Positions 9,927 through 19,154 of a stretch of 64,000 nucleotides of DNA are shown here, piece by piece. The DNA lies in contig CAWHTC010000003.1 in assembly GCA_963832175.1 (NCBI GenBank), positions 886,080 through 950,079 on the forward strand, read 5' to 3'. The position numbers and the translations under genes were made by a program. Source of the DNA: an uncultured Alphaproteobacteria bacterium (GTDB taxonomy: Bacteria > Pseudomonadota > Alphaproteobacteria > Rhizobiales > Beijerinckiaceae). Under the pieces are notes generated by a model. The model had not been told where the DNA came from. It made no database searches and worked only from the letters and a program-made list of their open reading frames with translations. Each line of letters opens with the position of its first letter. The first letter of the stretch is position 1.

Positions 9927-10172
9927 ATGACCATGCCAGGATTTAACGCAGAATCGTCGCTTGAGCCAACCACGGGCATATACCCGGGGAAGGTAGTTTT
10001 CGGCGGATTTCCGTCAGAAGGCAGCGGAGGGGTTATACCGCAACTTGGTTTCGGGGGGGATCCGGATCTGGGCGCGTACTGGAGATGCAGGTTCAATGGG
10101 GGGAGCGATCTCATATGCCGTTTCTTTGGCGGGCTTCCTCCCTTCACAATCGGTGGCCTGTTGATCCGCTAA
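9927..10172 (+). CDS. Small protein 6 with the same leader (81 aa, 2 Cys)
   Basis: RBS GGGAGG; MTMPGFNAESSLEPTTGIY...GVIPQL core. Confidence 0.75.
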   Translation: MTMPGFNAESSLEPTTGIYPGKVVFGGFPSEGSGGVIPQLGFGGDPDLGAYWRCRFNGGSDLICRFFGGLPPFTIGGLLIR

Positions 10173-10226
10173 GTGAACGTGGCCGGTGAGATGGACACGC
10201 GAAGCGGGACCATTTCAAAGCAAGCC

Positions 10227-11457
10227 TCACCCGCTCGCCGCGCTGGACCAGCGGAGCGCCTCGACGCCTGGCAATTGCTTGCCTTCGAGCCATTCGAGGA
10301 AAGCGCCGCCGGCGGTCGATACGTAGGTGAAGTCCTGGGTTACGGCGGCTTGGTTGAGGGCCGCGATGGTATCGCCGCCGCCGGCGATGGTCTCCAACGC
10401 GCCCACTTTGGTGAGTTGCGCCGCGACCTTGGCGATCGTCATCGTGCCGGTCTGGAATGGCGCGATCTCGAACGCGCCGACGGGTCCGTTCCAGACGAGC
10501 GTCCGGGCCGAGGCAAGAAGGCCCACGGCCTGCGAGATGGTGCGGGGCCCGATGTCGAGAATCAATTGGTCCTCGCCCACGGAGTCGATGTCGACGGTCC
10601 TCGTGCGCACATCCGGTTCGAGCCGCGAGGCGACAACCACATCGACCGGCAGCACGAGCTTGCAATGTGTCGCATCGGCCTCGGCGATGATCTGGCGGGC
10701 GACATCGGCGAACTTCTTCTCATGGAGGGACTTGCCGACCGCCTTGCCGCTCGCCGCGAGAAGCGTATTGGCCATGGCGCCGCCGACGAACAAATATTCG
10801 ACCTCGCGCATGAGGTTGCCGAGCAGCTCGAATTTGGTCGAGACCTTCGCGCCGCCGACGATCGCCGCCAGCGGACGCTTGGGATCGGCCAGCATCCGTT
10901 TCAGCATTTCAAGCTCATGCTGCATGCTGCGCCCGATATAGGCCGGGAGCTTGTGCGCCACCCCTTCGGTCGAAGCGTGCGCGCGATGGGCGGTGGAAAA
11001 AGCGTCGTTGACGTAAATATCGCCGAGTTCGGCCAAGGCGTCGACAAAGGCCGGATCGTTCTTCGTCTCGGCGGCATGGAACCTTGTATTTTCGAGCACG
11101 AGGACGTCGCCGTCGTGCATCGCATCGACCGCGCTCTTCGCGACATCGCCGGCGCAATCGGAAGAAAAGGCGACATAGCGTCCGAGCTGGCGTTCAATCT
11201 CCACCGCGACGGGTTTTAGCGAGTGCTTCGGATCCGGGCCGTTGTTCGGGCGGCCGAGATGCGACAAGAGGATAACCTTGCCTTTTTTTTTCCGAAATCT
11301 CGCGAATATTCACGAGAATCCGGTCGATGCGGGTCGCGTCGGTGATCTTTCCGTTTTCCATCGGGACGTTGAGGTCGGCGCGAACGAGCACCCTTTTGCC
11401 GGCGAGGTCCACATCGTCGAGTGTCCGGAACGCGGACATGGGCGCTGTTCTCGTCAT
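10227..11457 (-). pseudogene. pgk: Phosphoglycerate kinase, +1 frameshift in an A9 run (11283-11291)
   Basis: [14 protein letters not shown]-terminus and SHLGRP...STAGGAFLEWLEGK in different frames. Confidence 0.92.
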
Positions 11458-12461
11458 ATGAGCTTTCCCATGGCGGCGGCGACATCGATCATGCGGTTCG
11501 AAAAGCCCCATTCGTTGTCGTACCAGGCCAGGACACGCACGAATGTGCCCTCCATGACCCTTGTCTGATCCATATGAAAGATCGATGAATGCGGATCGTG
11601 ATTGAAATCGGCGGACACGTTCGAACTTTCGGTGAATGTGAGTATGCCTTTCAATTGGCTCTCCGAGGCGCGCTTGACCGTGTCCTTGATCTCGTCGGCT
11701 GTCGTCTTGCGTTTGGCGACGAATTTGAAATCGACGACGGACACATTGGGGGTGGGCACGCGGATCGCCGCGCCGTCGAGTTTGCCGTTGAGCTCGGGCA
11801 GGACGAGGCCGATGGCTCGCGCCGCTCCGGTCGAAGTCGGGATCATCGAAAGCGCGGCCGCACGTGCCCGGTAAAGGTCCTTGTGCATTGTATCGAGCGC
11901 CGGCTGGTCGCCGGTATAGGAGTGGATCGTGGTCATGAACCCTGTTTCGATGCCGATCGCGTCGTTCAGGATTTTGGCCACCGGGGCCAGGCAATTGGTG
12001 GTGCAGGACGCATTCGAGACGATGAGATGATCCTTGGTCAGCATGGCGTGATTGACCCCAAAGACCACCGTCAGATCGGCATGGTCGGCCGCGGCCGAAA
12101 CGAGCACGCGCTTGGCGCCCGCCTTCAAATGCGCGGAGGCTTTGTCCTTCGAGGTGAAAAACCCGGTGCATTCGAGCGCAATGTCGACGGCAAGCTCCCT
12201 ATGCGGCAATTCGCGCGGATCGCGGATCGCGGTCACCTTGACCGGCCCCTGGCCGAAATCGATAAAGTCGCCCGCGACCCTGATGTCGCCGGGAAACCGG
12301 CCGTGCACGGAATCGAAGCGCAGCAAATGGGCATTGGTCTCGACCGGACCGAGATCGTTGATCAACACAACCTCAATATCCTTGCGCCTGGATTCGGCAA
12401 TCGCGCGCAGGATATTGCGGCCGATGCGGCCAAATCCGTTGATAGCGACTCAAATCGCCAT
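11454..12461 (-). pseudogene. gap: Type I glyceraldehyde-3-phosphate dehydrogenase with in-frame TGA at codon 4
   Basis: ATG GCG ATT TGA GTC GCT ATC AAC GGA TTT GGC CGC ([13 protein letters not shown]); [12 protein letters not shown] active site intact. Confidence 0.92.
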
Positions 12462-12536
12462 GTCTTCTCCTTCTCCGCGGATAGCCCGGTTCGCCCCGCA
12501 CCGTCCCGCATGGCATGTTGGTTATTTTAGCACGCG

Positions 12537-14537
12537 TCAACTGTTGCAACGCCGCGCCGCGGCCTCGGCGACGGCTTCTGGCGTAATGTTGAAATTATTG
12601 TAAACATCCTTGTAGGGCGCGCTGGCGCCAAACCCGGTCATGCCGATGAAAATCCCATCTTCGCCGATGATCGCGTCCCAGCCTTGACGGACAGCCGCTT
12701 CGACACCGACGCGCACGGGCGCATCGCCAATGACCTCTTGGCGCTGATCACGGTCCTGCCGCAAGAAAAGAGTCATGCAGGGCACCGAGACGACCCGCGC
12801 GAAAATTTGCCGCGCGGCCAAAATGCTCCGTGCCTCGAGCGCGATCGAGACTTCAGAACCGGACGCGAAGATCGAAACCTTGGCGGGGCCACCCTCCGCC
12901 GGCGCCAGTTCATAGGCCCCCGCCGCGGATAAATTCTCGGGCGTGAAATCGCGGCGGACGGCGGGAAGGTTTTGCCGGGTCAGCGCGAGAATCGAGGGCG
13001 AGGTTTTCGCTTCGACCGCGAGCTGCCAGCATTCCAGCGTCTCGGTCCGGTCGGCGGGCCGGAAAACGAGCAGGTTCGGAATGGCGCGCAACGCGGCCAG
13101 ATGCTCGACCGGCTGATGCGTCGGGCCGTCCTCGCCAAGTCCGATCGAATCATGCGTGAAAACCTCGATCGCGCGAATTCCCATCAAGGCGGAAAGGCGC
13201 AACGCCGGGCGGCAGTAATCGCTGAAGGTCAGAAATGACGCGCCGGAAGGAATAAAACCTCCATGCAGCGCTATGCCGTTGACCGCCGCCGCCATGCCAT
13301 GCTCGCGGATGCCCCAATGGATATAGCGTCCGGAATAGGACGAAGGCCCAATTTCCGACGTCGCCGCGACCTTGGTATTGTTTGAGGGCGTGAGGTCGGC
13401 CGAGCCGGTGAGGAGTTCGGGAACGGCTTTCGCCAGAACTTCGAGCGTGGCCTGGGACGCCTTGCGAGTGGCGATCGGCGAACGATCCAGGGTGAGCTGG
13501 CGCTTGTAGGTGATCACCGCCTCGCCAAAGGAGGCCGGCAAATCGCCGCGCAAACGGCGCGCGAATTCCTCGCGCTGGGGCGTTGGCAGCAGCTGCAGCG
13601 CCGCGAGCCAGGCCTTGCGGCGCGGGCGCCCGCGCTTGCCCGCCTTGCGCCAGGCGGCCAAGATAGGCCCGGGAATGACAAACGGCTCGTAAGGCCAGTT
13701 GAGGTTGCGCCGCGTGCCGGCAATCTCCTCCGGCCCAGGAGCATCGCTATGTGCCTTCGCCGTGCCGGCGCGGGTCGGCATGCCAAAGCCGATCGTGGTC
13801 CGGCAGGCAATCAGGCTCGGGAGATCTGATTTTTGCGCCTTTCGGATCGCGCGCAAAATGGCTTTCTGGTCATGCCCGTCGATCCGAACGGCGTTCCAGT
13901 TACAGGCTTGAAATCGCTTCACCTGGTCGACAGAATCCGCGAGCGAGAGAGGACCGTCGATCGAGACGTGGTTTTCGTCATGAAACACGATCAGCCGGTT
14001 GAGCCGGAGATGCCCGGCAATCGCGATCGCCTCCTGGCTGATTCCTTCCATGAGATCGCCATCGGAGGCGAGGACATAGGTATGATGATCGACGATTGAC
14101 CCGAATTCCGCATTCAGCATGCGTTCGGCAAGCGCCATCCCGACCGCCATGGCAAGCCCCTGGCCGAGCGGACCCGTTGTGGCCTCCACCCCCGGCGTGT
14201 GGCGGTATTCGGGATGGCCCGGCGTCCGCGAGCCGAGCTGACGAAAGCGTTGCAGTTCCGCGATGGTCATGCTTGGTTCGCCGGTCAAATAAAGCAGCGC
14301 ATAAAGCAGCATCGAGCCATGGCCGGCGGACAGGACGAAACGATCGCGGTCCGGCCAGCTTGCGGCGACGGCGTCATATTTGAGCACCTTGGTGAACAGC
14401 ACGGTGGCGATATCGGCGGCGCCCATCGGCAGACCTGGATGACCCGATTTCGCCTTTTCCACCGCATCCATGGCGAGCGCGCGAATCGCATTCGCCATTT
14501 CCTCATGGGTTACGTCATCTTCGTGCGCCGGCATCAA
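12537..14537 (-). CDS. tkt: Transketolase
   Basis: SGHPGLPMG, LSAGHGSMLLY, TGPLGQG, GDGDLMEG-like motif, THDSIGLGEDGPTHQP. Confidence 0.97.
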   Translation of the reverse strand: MMPAHEDDVTHEEMANAIRALAMDAVEKAKSGHPGLPMGAADIATVLFTKVLKYDAVAASWPDRDRFVLSAGHGSMLLYALLYLTGEPSMTIAELQRFRQLGSRTPGHPEYRHTPGVEATTGPLGQGLAMAVGMALAERMLNAEFGSIVDHHTYVLASDGDLMEGISQEAIAIAGHLRLNRLIVFHDENHVSIDGPLSLADSVDQVKRFQACNWNAVRIDGHDQKAILRAIRKAQKSDLPSLIACRTTIGFGMPTRAGTAKAHSDAPGPEEIAGTRRNLNWPYEPFVIPGPILAAWRKAGKRGRPRRKAWLAALQLLPTPQREEFARRLRGDLPASFGEAVITYKRQLTLDRSPIATRKASQATLEVLAKAVPELLTGSADLTPSNNTKVAATSEIGPSSYSGRYIHWGIREHGMAAAVNGIALHGGFIPSGASFLTFSDYCRPALRLSALMGIRAIEVFTHDSIGLGEDGPTHQPVEHLAALRAIPNLLVFRPADRTETLECWQLAVEAKTSPSILALTRQNLPAVRRDFTPENLSAAGAYELAPAEGGPAKVSIFASGSEVSIALEARSILAARQIFARVVSVPCMTLFLRQDRDQRQEVIGDAPVRVGVEAAVRQGWDAIIGEDGIFIGMTGFGASAPYKDVYNNFNITPEAVAEAAARRCNS

Positions 14538-14810
14538 AGATTCACTCCAAGGGCGGAATTGGCGAGATCGTGGGCGATTGCTGCGTCAAGCGGGGCGGAG
14601 CCGCGTGGTGTGTGAGCATGGTTGGCCCAGTCTGGCAACCGCCGAAAGGCTTGTGTCAATGCATCGCCTATGTTTCTTTAAGCCGCGCTTTAACGTTTTA
14701 GGCCGCAAAAACGATTTCGCCGCGACTTATGCCTTATTGTCGCGGCGCTGGACCATTATCCTGGCCATAAGCACTTAGCGCGCGGCGGCCGGTTTGTCGA
14801 CCGGCGCCTC

Positions 14811-14956
14811 AGAGCGCCTCCCCGATCAAGTAAAATCATTTGATCGATAAGGACGCAGCTCAAAATCAAGGAGTTGGAGCATGCCCTCATGAGACATCGG
14901 ATATATCCGATGTCTAAATATCGAAAAAGTCGAGCAACTTTTTCGGGACATGCTCT
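14811..14956. repeat. MITE-like mosaic repeat with nested 24-bp palindrome (14892-14915)
   Basis: Similar to 6339-6384 and to the AAAAAGT..ACTTTTT..CATGCTCT end of 6236/41048; perfect palindrome AGACATCGGATATATCCGATGTCT. Confidence 0.65.
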
Positions 14957-15087
14957 TGGCATTCTGGGCAAGACGCCGCGACAATAAGGCGCGGGCGTGC
15001 TTTTCTCAAATTTTCGTTTTTTTTCAGCGGGAACGCAATAGGACACATAATGCTTGGATATTCTCATCATGAAGGCGCTCGCATGGC

Positions 15088-15402
15088 ATGATCAAGGACG
15101 CCGCCGCGACAACCAAATTGCCGGAGCGCCTCGACGCGGCGCTGAAGCGGCTCGCCGCAGCGCTTGACCGGCTCGACGCAGCCAACGAGCGGCGGGCAAA
15201 GGCCGACGCCCTGCGCACCAATCTCGAGGACGAGCTTGCGGTCATGCAGGACGACCGTTTGCGGCTGGCGGTCGAACTCGATGGCGCCATCGCGCGCGCG
15301 AAGTCGCTGGAATTGGCGAACGACGAAGTTGCCCGCAGGCTGACCGCCGCGAGCGCGGAAATAAGGGGGGTTCTCGCCAGAGCGGCCGACCGCGAAGACT
15401 AA
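15088..15402 (+). CDS. DUF4164-family coiled-coil protein
   Basis: LDAALKRLAAALDRLD...MQDDRLRLAVELD; divergent from tkt as in Rhizobiales. Confidence 0.75.
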   Translation: MIKDAAATTKLPERLDAALKRLAAALDRLDAANERRAKADALRTNLEDELAVMQDDRLRLAVELDGAIARAKSLELANDEVARRLTAASAEIRGVLARAADRED

Positions 15403-15431
15403 AAAGCCGCAGGATCCTCAGGAATTCCCAT

Positions 15432-15640
15432 TTAATACCAACCGCCCTAAGTTTTGACCTGTGCCCAATCACTGGTTCCACTTGAGGCGATGACCCCGGA
15501 GTTGGCCACCACGGCGTTCCAGGCATCGCAACAAGCGTCGAGGGTCGCAGTGGCTGAGCAAGTTGCGGCGCAGATAGTCCGATATGTTTTCGCCTGAGTT
15601 CAGCTCGGGCGCGGACGTTGAGCGGCATGAGCACGCCATT
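15432..15640 (-). mobile_element. IS630-family transposase C-terminal remnant
   Basis: PELNSGENISDYLRRNLLSH / LDACCDAWNAVVANSG..SDWAQVKT*. Confidence 0.65.
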
Positions 15641-15827
15641 GCCTGGCACAATGAGCTGCGGCGAGCCGTGCCAGCCGGCGCCAGCAGGGCGATGGCACTG
15701 ACGCTGACGCATTGGCTGATTTCGGCCAGGTGTTTATTCCAGATGTTTGTTGATGGCGCCGATATTAACTGCCGGCGTGACCAGGGCGGCGCCGGTGCCG
15801 CGTGCCGGGCCGATGGCGCCCCGCTGC

Positions 15828-15935
15828 AGTGAGATAGCCGGCGCGCAGCCCATGCGCCGAAAACTCCGCCATATCGAACCCGGCTAAAGCGATCCGGCGT
15901 TTCAGGATCCAATTCACCACCTGCGGCCTTAAACC
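15828..15935 (-). pseudogene. Tyrosine recombinase/integrase fragment
   Basis: VNWILKRRIALAGFDMAEFSAHGLRAGYLT contains the HxLR catalytic box. Confidence 0.65.
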
Positions 15936-16128
15936 ATGGGTCGCGGACAGCGGCTCATGGTGCCTTTCCCAAATTTTCGCTTCTTCAATGGGTTCGCGAA
16001 AATTTGAGAGTGAAACCAACGGTCATTCCTCATGACCGTTGGTATTAGCGCCTTATCGTCTACCCCGCCCAACTCATGAGGACAGGTAAGTTTAGGATTT
16101 GCATTTATTGTTCCGCCGCCGGTCGCCG

Positions 16129-17478
16129 TCACTTTCGAACATTGATAGAGCGGATTGAAGGGGTTACAGAGTGGAACGCCATTGTTGTTTGGCGGGTAGC
16201 CGCCAACCGCCGCGCAACTTTGCGGAGAAATTCCATTCCGGGATCTATTACATTAATCAGGTTGATCTTAGCACTAGCGCCTACAAAGCCTCTGGCAGTA
16301 ATGTTATTGCCGTGAACGTAGCTATTGATGATATTCACTTCTCCACCATAAGCCAGTATGCTGCCAGACCAAATGTGAGTATTATTAATATTCATTTTGG
16401 AACCAGGGCCAACGGCACCACTGACAGCATATTGGAGTGTACTATCCGAAATATTGACAACTCCCTTGGTAAAAGCTACAAGCTCATTAATTACAGAATT
16501 CTTTATATACACAGGGTACCCGTTGGTTTCCTTCACATACACTTGCCAACTAATTGGATTAAGATAGACATTATTTAGTTTTAGATTCCGCCCTTGATCT
16601 CTGAATTGTTTAGTGACAACACCGCCAGTAGTTAATCCGTCGATGACCACTGGCGTGGTGTTGTTTTCAATATAATACCCAAATACGACATTGGCATAGT
16701 TGAGCGCAGCGTTTCCATTTACGGTCAGCGAAGAATTTGGGTGGGAGTTTAGCCCTAATCTGGAATTACTTAAGCTGATGTTAACTGAATAGATATTCCC
16801 ACTGCTAGGTGTAAATATCAAATTATATTTTCCTTGATCATCTAACTTGGGGATATTCACTGTACCCGTGTCTCCCGATGCAAAATTAAGCCACAACGTG
16901 GAAAAAGTTGAAGACGATACTGAAATCGTCGACGCATTGAGAGGATAAATCTCAGTCGGCAAGTATTGCGAATTAATAACGGTCAACTTTGAATTGTTAT
17001 TGAAATTCCCAATAAGCCAGCTTCCAGTTTTCATATTTAAATTTGAGTTTTCAAAACGTACTACAGAATTGTCGTTCGCATTTATAGACATTGCAAGACT
17101 ATTTTGTATTGCGGCGTTTGTGACAAACGATGAATCAGTCATAGTGAATTGTGATGGACCATTTAGTATAATTGTATACTGAGCAAAGTTTGTCTGTGGA
17201 AATGTTAATGTCCCAGTCGTGACAGAGAATATCGAATTCTCTGTGAGGATAATATTACCCGTTACAGAAAGGTTGCCATTCGACATCGTAAGAGTTGCAG
17301 ATCCAGAGAGAGTTATATCCCCAACAACGGCACAATCACCGTTTATGTCGGTTGCTCCCGATGAAGCCGTGAGGCCAGACGACGGGCAGCCTGCCAGTAC
17401 AGGGTCGGCAACGAAACCGACCACTAATATCGAGAGTGAAAAAACGATCTTCTTATCTAAAAACGATGACATTTTCAT
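16129..17478 (-). CDS. AT-rich secreted beta-helix-like protein; probable frameshift near 16241
   Basis: Signal peptide (VLA/G), Asn/Ser/Thr/Gly-rich repeats of alternating hydrophobics; low GC relative to the window. Confidence 0.6.
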   Translation of the reverse strand: MKMSSFLDKKIVFSLSILVVGFVADPVLAGCPSSGLTASSGATDINGDCAVVGDITLSGSATLTMSNGNLSVTGNIILTENSIFSVTTGTLTFPQTNFAQYTIILNGPSQFTMTDSSFVTNAAIQNSLAMSINANDNSVVRFENSNLNMKTGSWLIGNFNNNSKLTVINSQYLPTEIYPLNASTISVSSSTFSTLWLNFASGDTGTVNIPKLDDQGKYNLIFTPSSGNIYSVNISLSNSRLGLNSHPNSSLTVNGNAALNYANVVFGYYIENNTTPVVIDGLTTGGVVTKQFRDQGRNLKLNNVYLNPISWQVYVKETNGYPVYIKNSVINELVAFTKGVVNISDSTLQYAVSGAVGPGSKMNINNTHIWSGSILAYGGEVNIINSYVHGNNITARGFVGASAKINLINVIDPGMEFLRKVARRLAATRQTTMAFHSVTPSIRSINVRK

Positions 17479-17890
17479 TTTTAAACCTCTTGAGTTAAAC
17501 CACTTTCCGAAGAAATCTAATAGACACTGCGGTACCTTGGATCATTTCTTTTCCTAGCTAATTCCTTCCTGTCATGTTTAAGTTCATCCCAAGCCTCATC
17601 AGTTTATTTCTTTCTTGCCGCGCGCTTGACCCAAATGGGTTTTTGTGGTCAATTGGCGCACGAAAGTTAAGTGACGTATGCCATCACAAGCAATGCGGAA
17701 TTGACGCATAGGCGACATCGCAGCGAGTATCGGTGGGTTTGGCCGCGCGTTCTTTTGGTTGAACCATTTTTCCTCTTACCTCGCTGAATTATCATAGCGA
17801 CAAAACTTTTGTCACAATACCTCACCAATGTCTGTGGTCTCCATCACATTCTAGCAAATAAAAATAAATAAACCATAGTTGACAAACCAT

Positions 17891-17990
17891 TAATATGCGG
17901 TATTATCATGAGCATTTTGTAGTTAATATGGGGTATTATCGTGAGGATTTTGGAGTTAATATGGCGGAATTGTCACAAGCATTTTGTGGA
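17891..17990. repeat. Three imperfect 33-bp tandem direct repeats
   Basis: TAATATGCGGTATTATCATGAGCATTTTGTAGT / TAATATGGGGTATTATCGTGAGGATTTTGGAGT / TAATATGGCGGAATTGTCACAAGCATTTTGTGGA. Confidence 0.75.
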
Positions 17991-18434
17991 ACGCCACGCT
18001 AGTTTGCACGTATCATCAATGTATAGCTCAAAAATCTTGCCAGGACATTGCGGGCAACACTCAAAACTGTTCGGATATTGAGAAAAGGCCGTTGTGGCCC
18101 GGCCGTTTCATGGCATCCCGCGAGCCGTGCTGCCGGACTTGGCGGAGCTGAGGACGCCTCTTGCTTGCGGGCGCCCAAGCGTCCGTCGCGAGTTCGCGCA
18201 ATCGCCGCTGCGATTATGAGATGTCGGGCGCGCGGATCTCCGTCTTGGCCGGGGATAAAACCCCGAGACCGGATACGTTGAAACAGACGGACCCGAGCCA
18301 AATAAAAATCGCCCCTTGCGGATGGGGCGAGCCATACATTTCACAAGTGGCCAGTCGGTCCCAGCTTGGCCGGCTCGCAAGATGAGCACCGGAACAGTGG
18401 CGGACTTCACCGGAAAAAATCCCGGCGCAAAAAA

Positions 18435-18905
18435 CTATGCACCGTCATCGGCCAGCATGGCGGCGATTTCCGCCTCGCACACAAGCACGCCGTCCACCAT
18501 GGCGCGGCCCTTGTACCACCACATGGTGCGGCGCCGGTGGGTCTTGGTCATATGAAACTCGACCTGGTCGCCCGGCATGACCGGCTTACGAAACCTGGCC
18601 TTGTCGATACTCGTGAAATAAACAAGCGGCGGCTTTCGTCCGGGCGAATGCGCGTTGACGCACAGAACCCCGGCGGTCTGGGCCATGCCCTCGATCAGAA
18701 GAACGCCGGGCATGACCGGGCGTTCCGGGAAATGCCCCTGGAATTGCGGCTCATTAATGCTGACATTCTTGATGCCGATGCCGGATTCGTCGCCCCGCGC
18801 CTCGATCACGCGGTCGATCATCAGAAACGGATAGCGGTGCGGCAGGGATTTCAACAAGCGCAGAATGTCAAACGTTTCGATCGTTACAGGCTCCGCCTCG
18901 TGCAT
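18435..18905 (-). CDS. fabZ: 3-hydroxyacyl-ACP dehydratase
   Basis: [35 protein letters not shown]. Confidence 0.95.
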   Translation of the reverse strand: MHEAEPVTIETFDILRLLKSLPHRYPFLMIDRVIEARGDESGIGIKNVSINEPQFQGHFPERPVMPGVLLIEGMAQTAGVLCVNAHSPGRKPPLVYFTSIDKARFRKPVMPGDQVEFHMTKTHRRRTMWWYKGRAMVDGVLVCEAEIAAMLADDGA

Positions 18906-19154
18906 AGTGCCCGCTCTCCCTGGCGCCAAATAGCCCGCCCAACCGTTCACGGGGCGCTCCGCACCGCGCCAACGGCGGCTTTTTTCAAAGCGATAGCGGA
19001 AATTCGCGAAGCGCGCCATCGCTCACCGGCGCCCTATCGTGGTCGGGCGTTAGGTTGTAAAGAAGGAGTTTAATCCGTTGCGGCTTCTCCATCTCCGCTT
19101 GGCCGCAGCCGCGCCTTTGTTGGCCGCGGTCATGCGCGCCGCCGAGTCTCAAGT

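Noticed and set aside
17684-17767. 27-aa minus-strand ORF with SD (MVQPKERAAKPTDTRCDVAYASIPHCL)
   Set aside because: Too short, no homology or motif support
17891-17990. Possible CRISPR array
   Set aside because: Contiguous tandem units without unique spacers, and no cas genes
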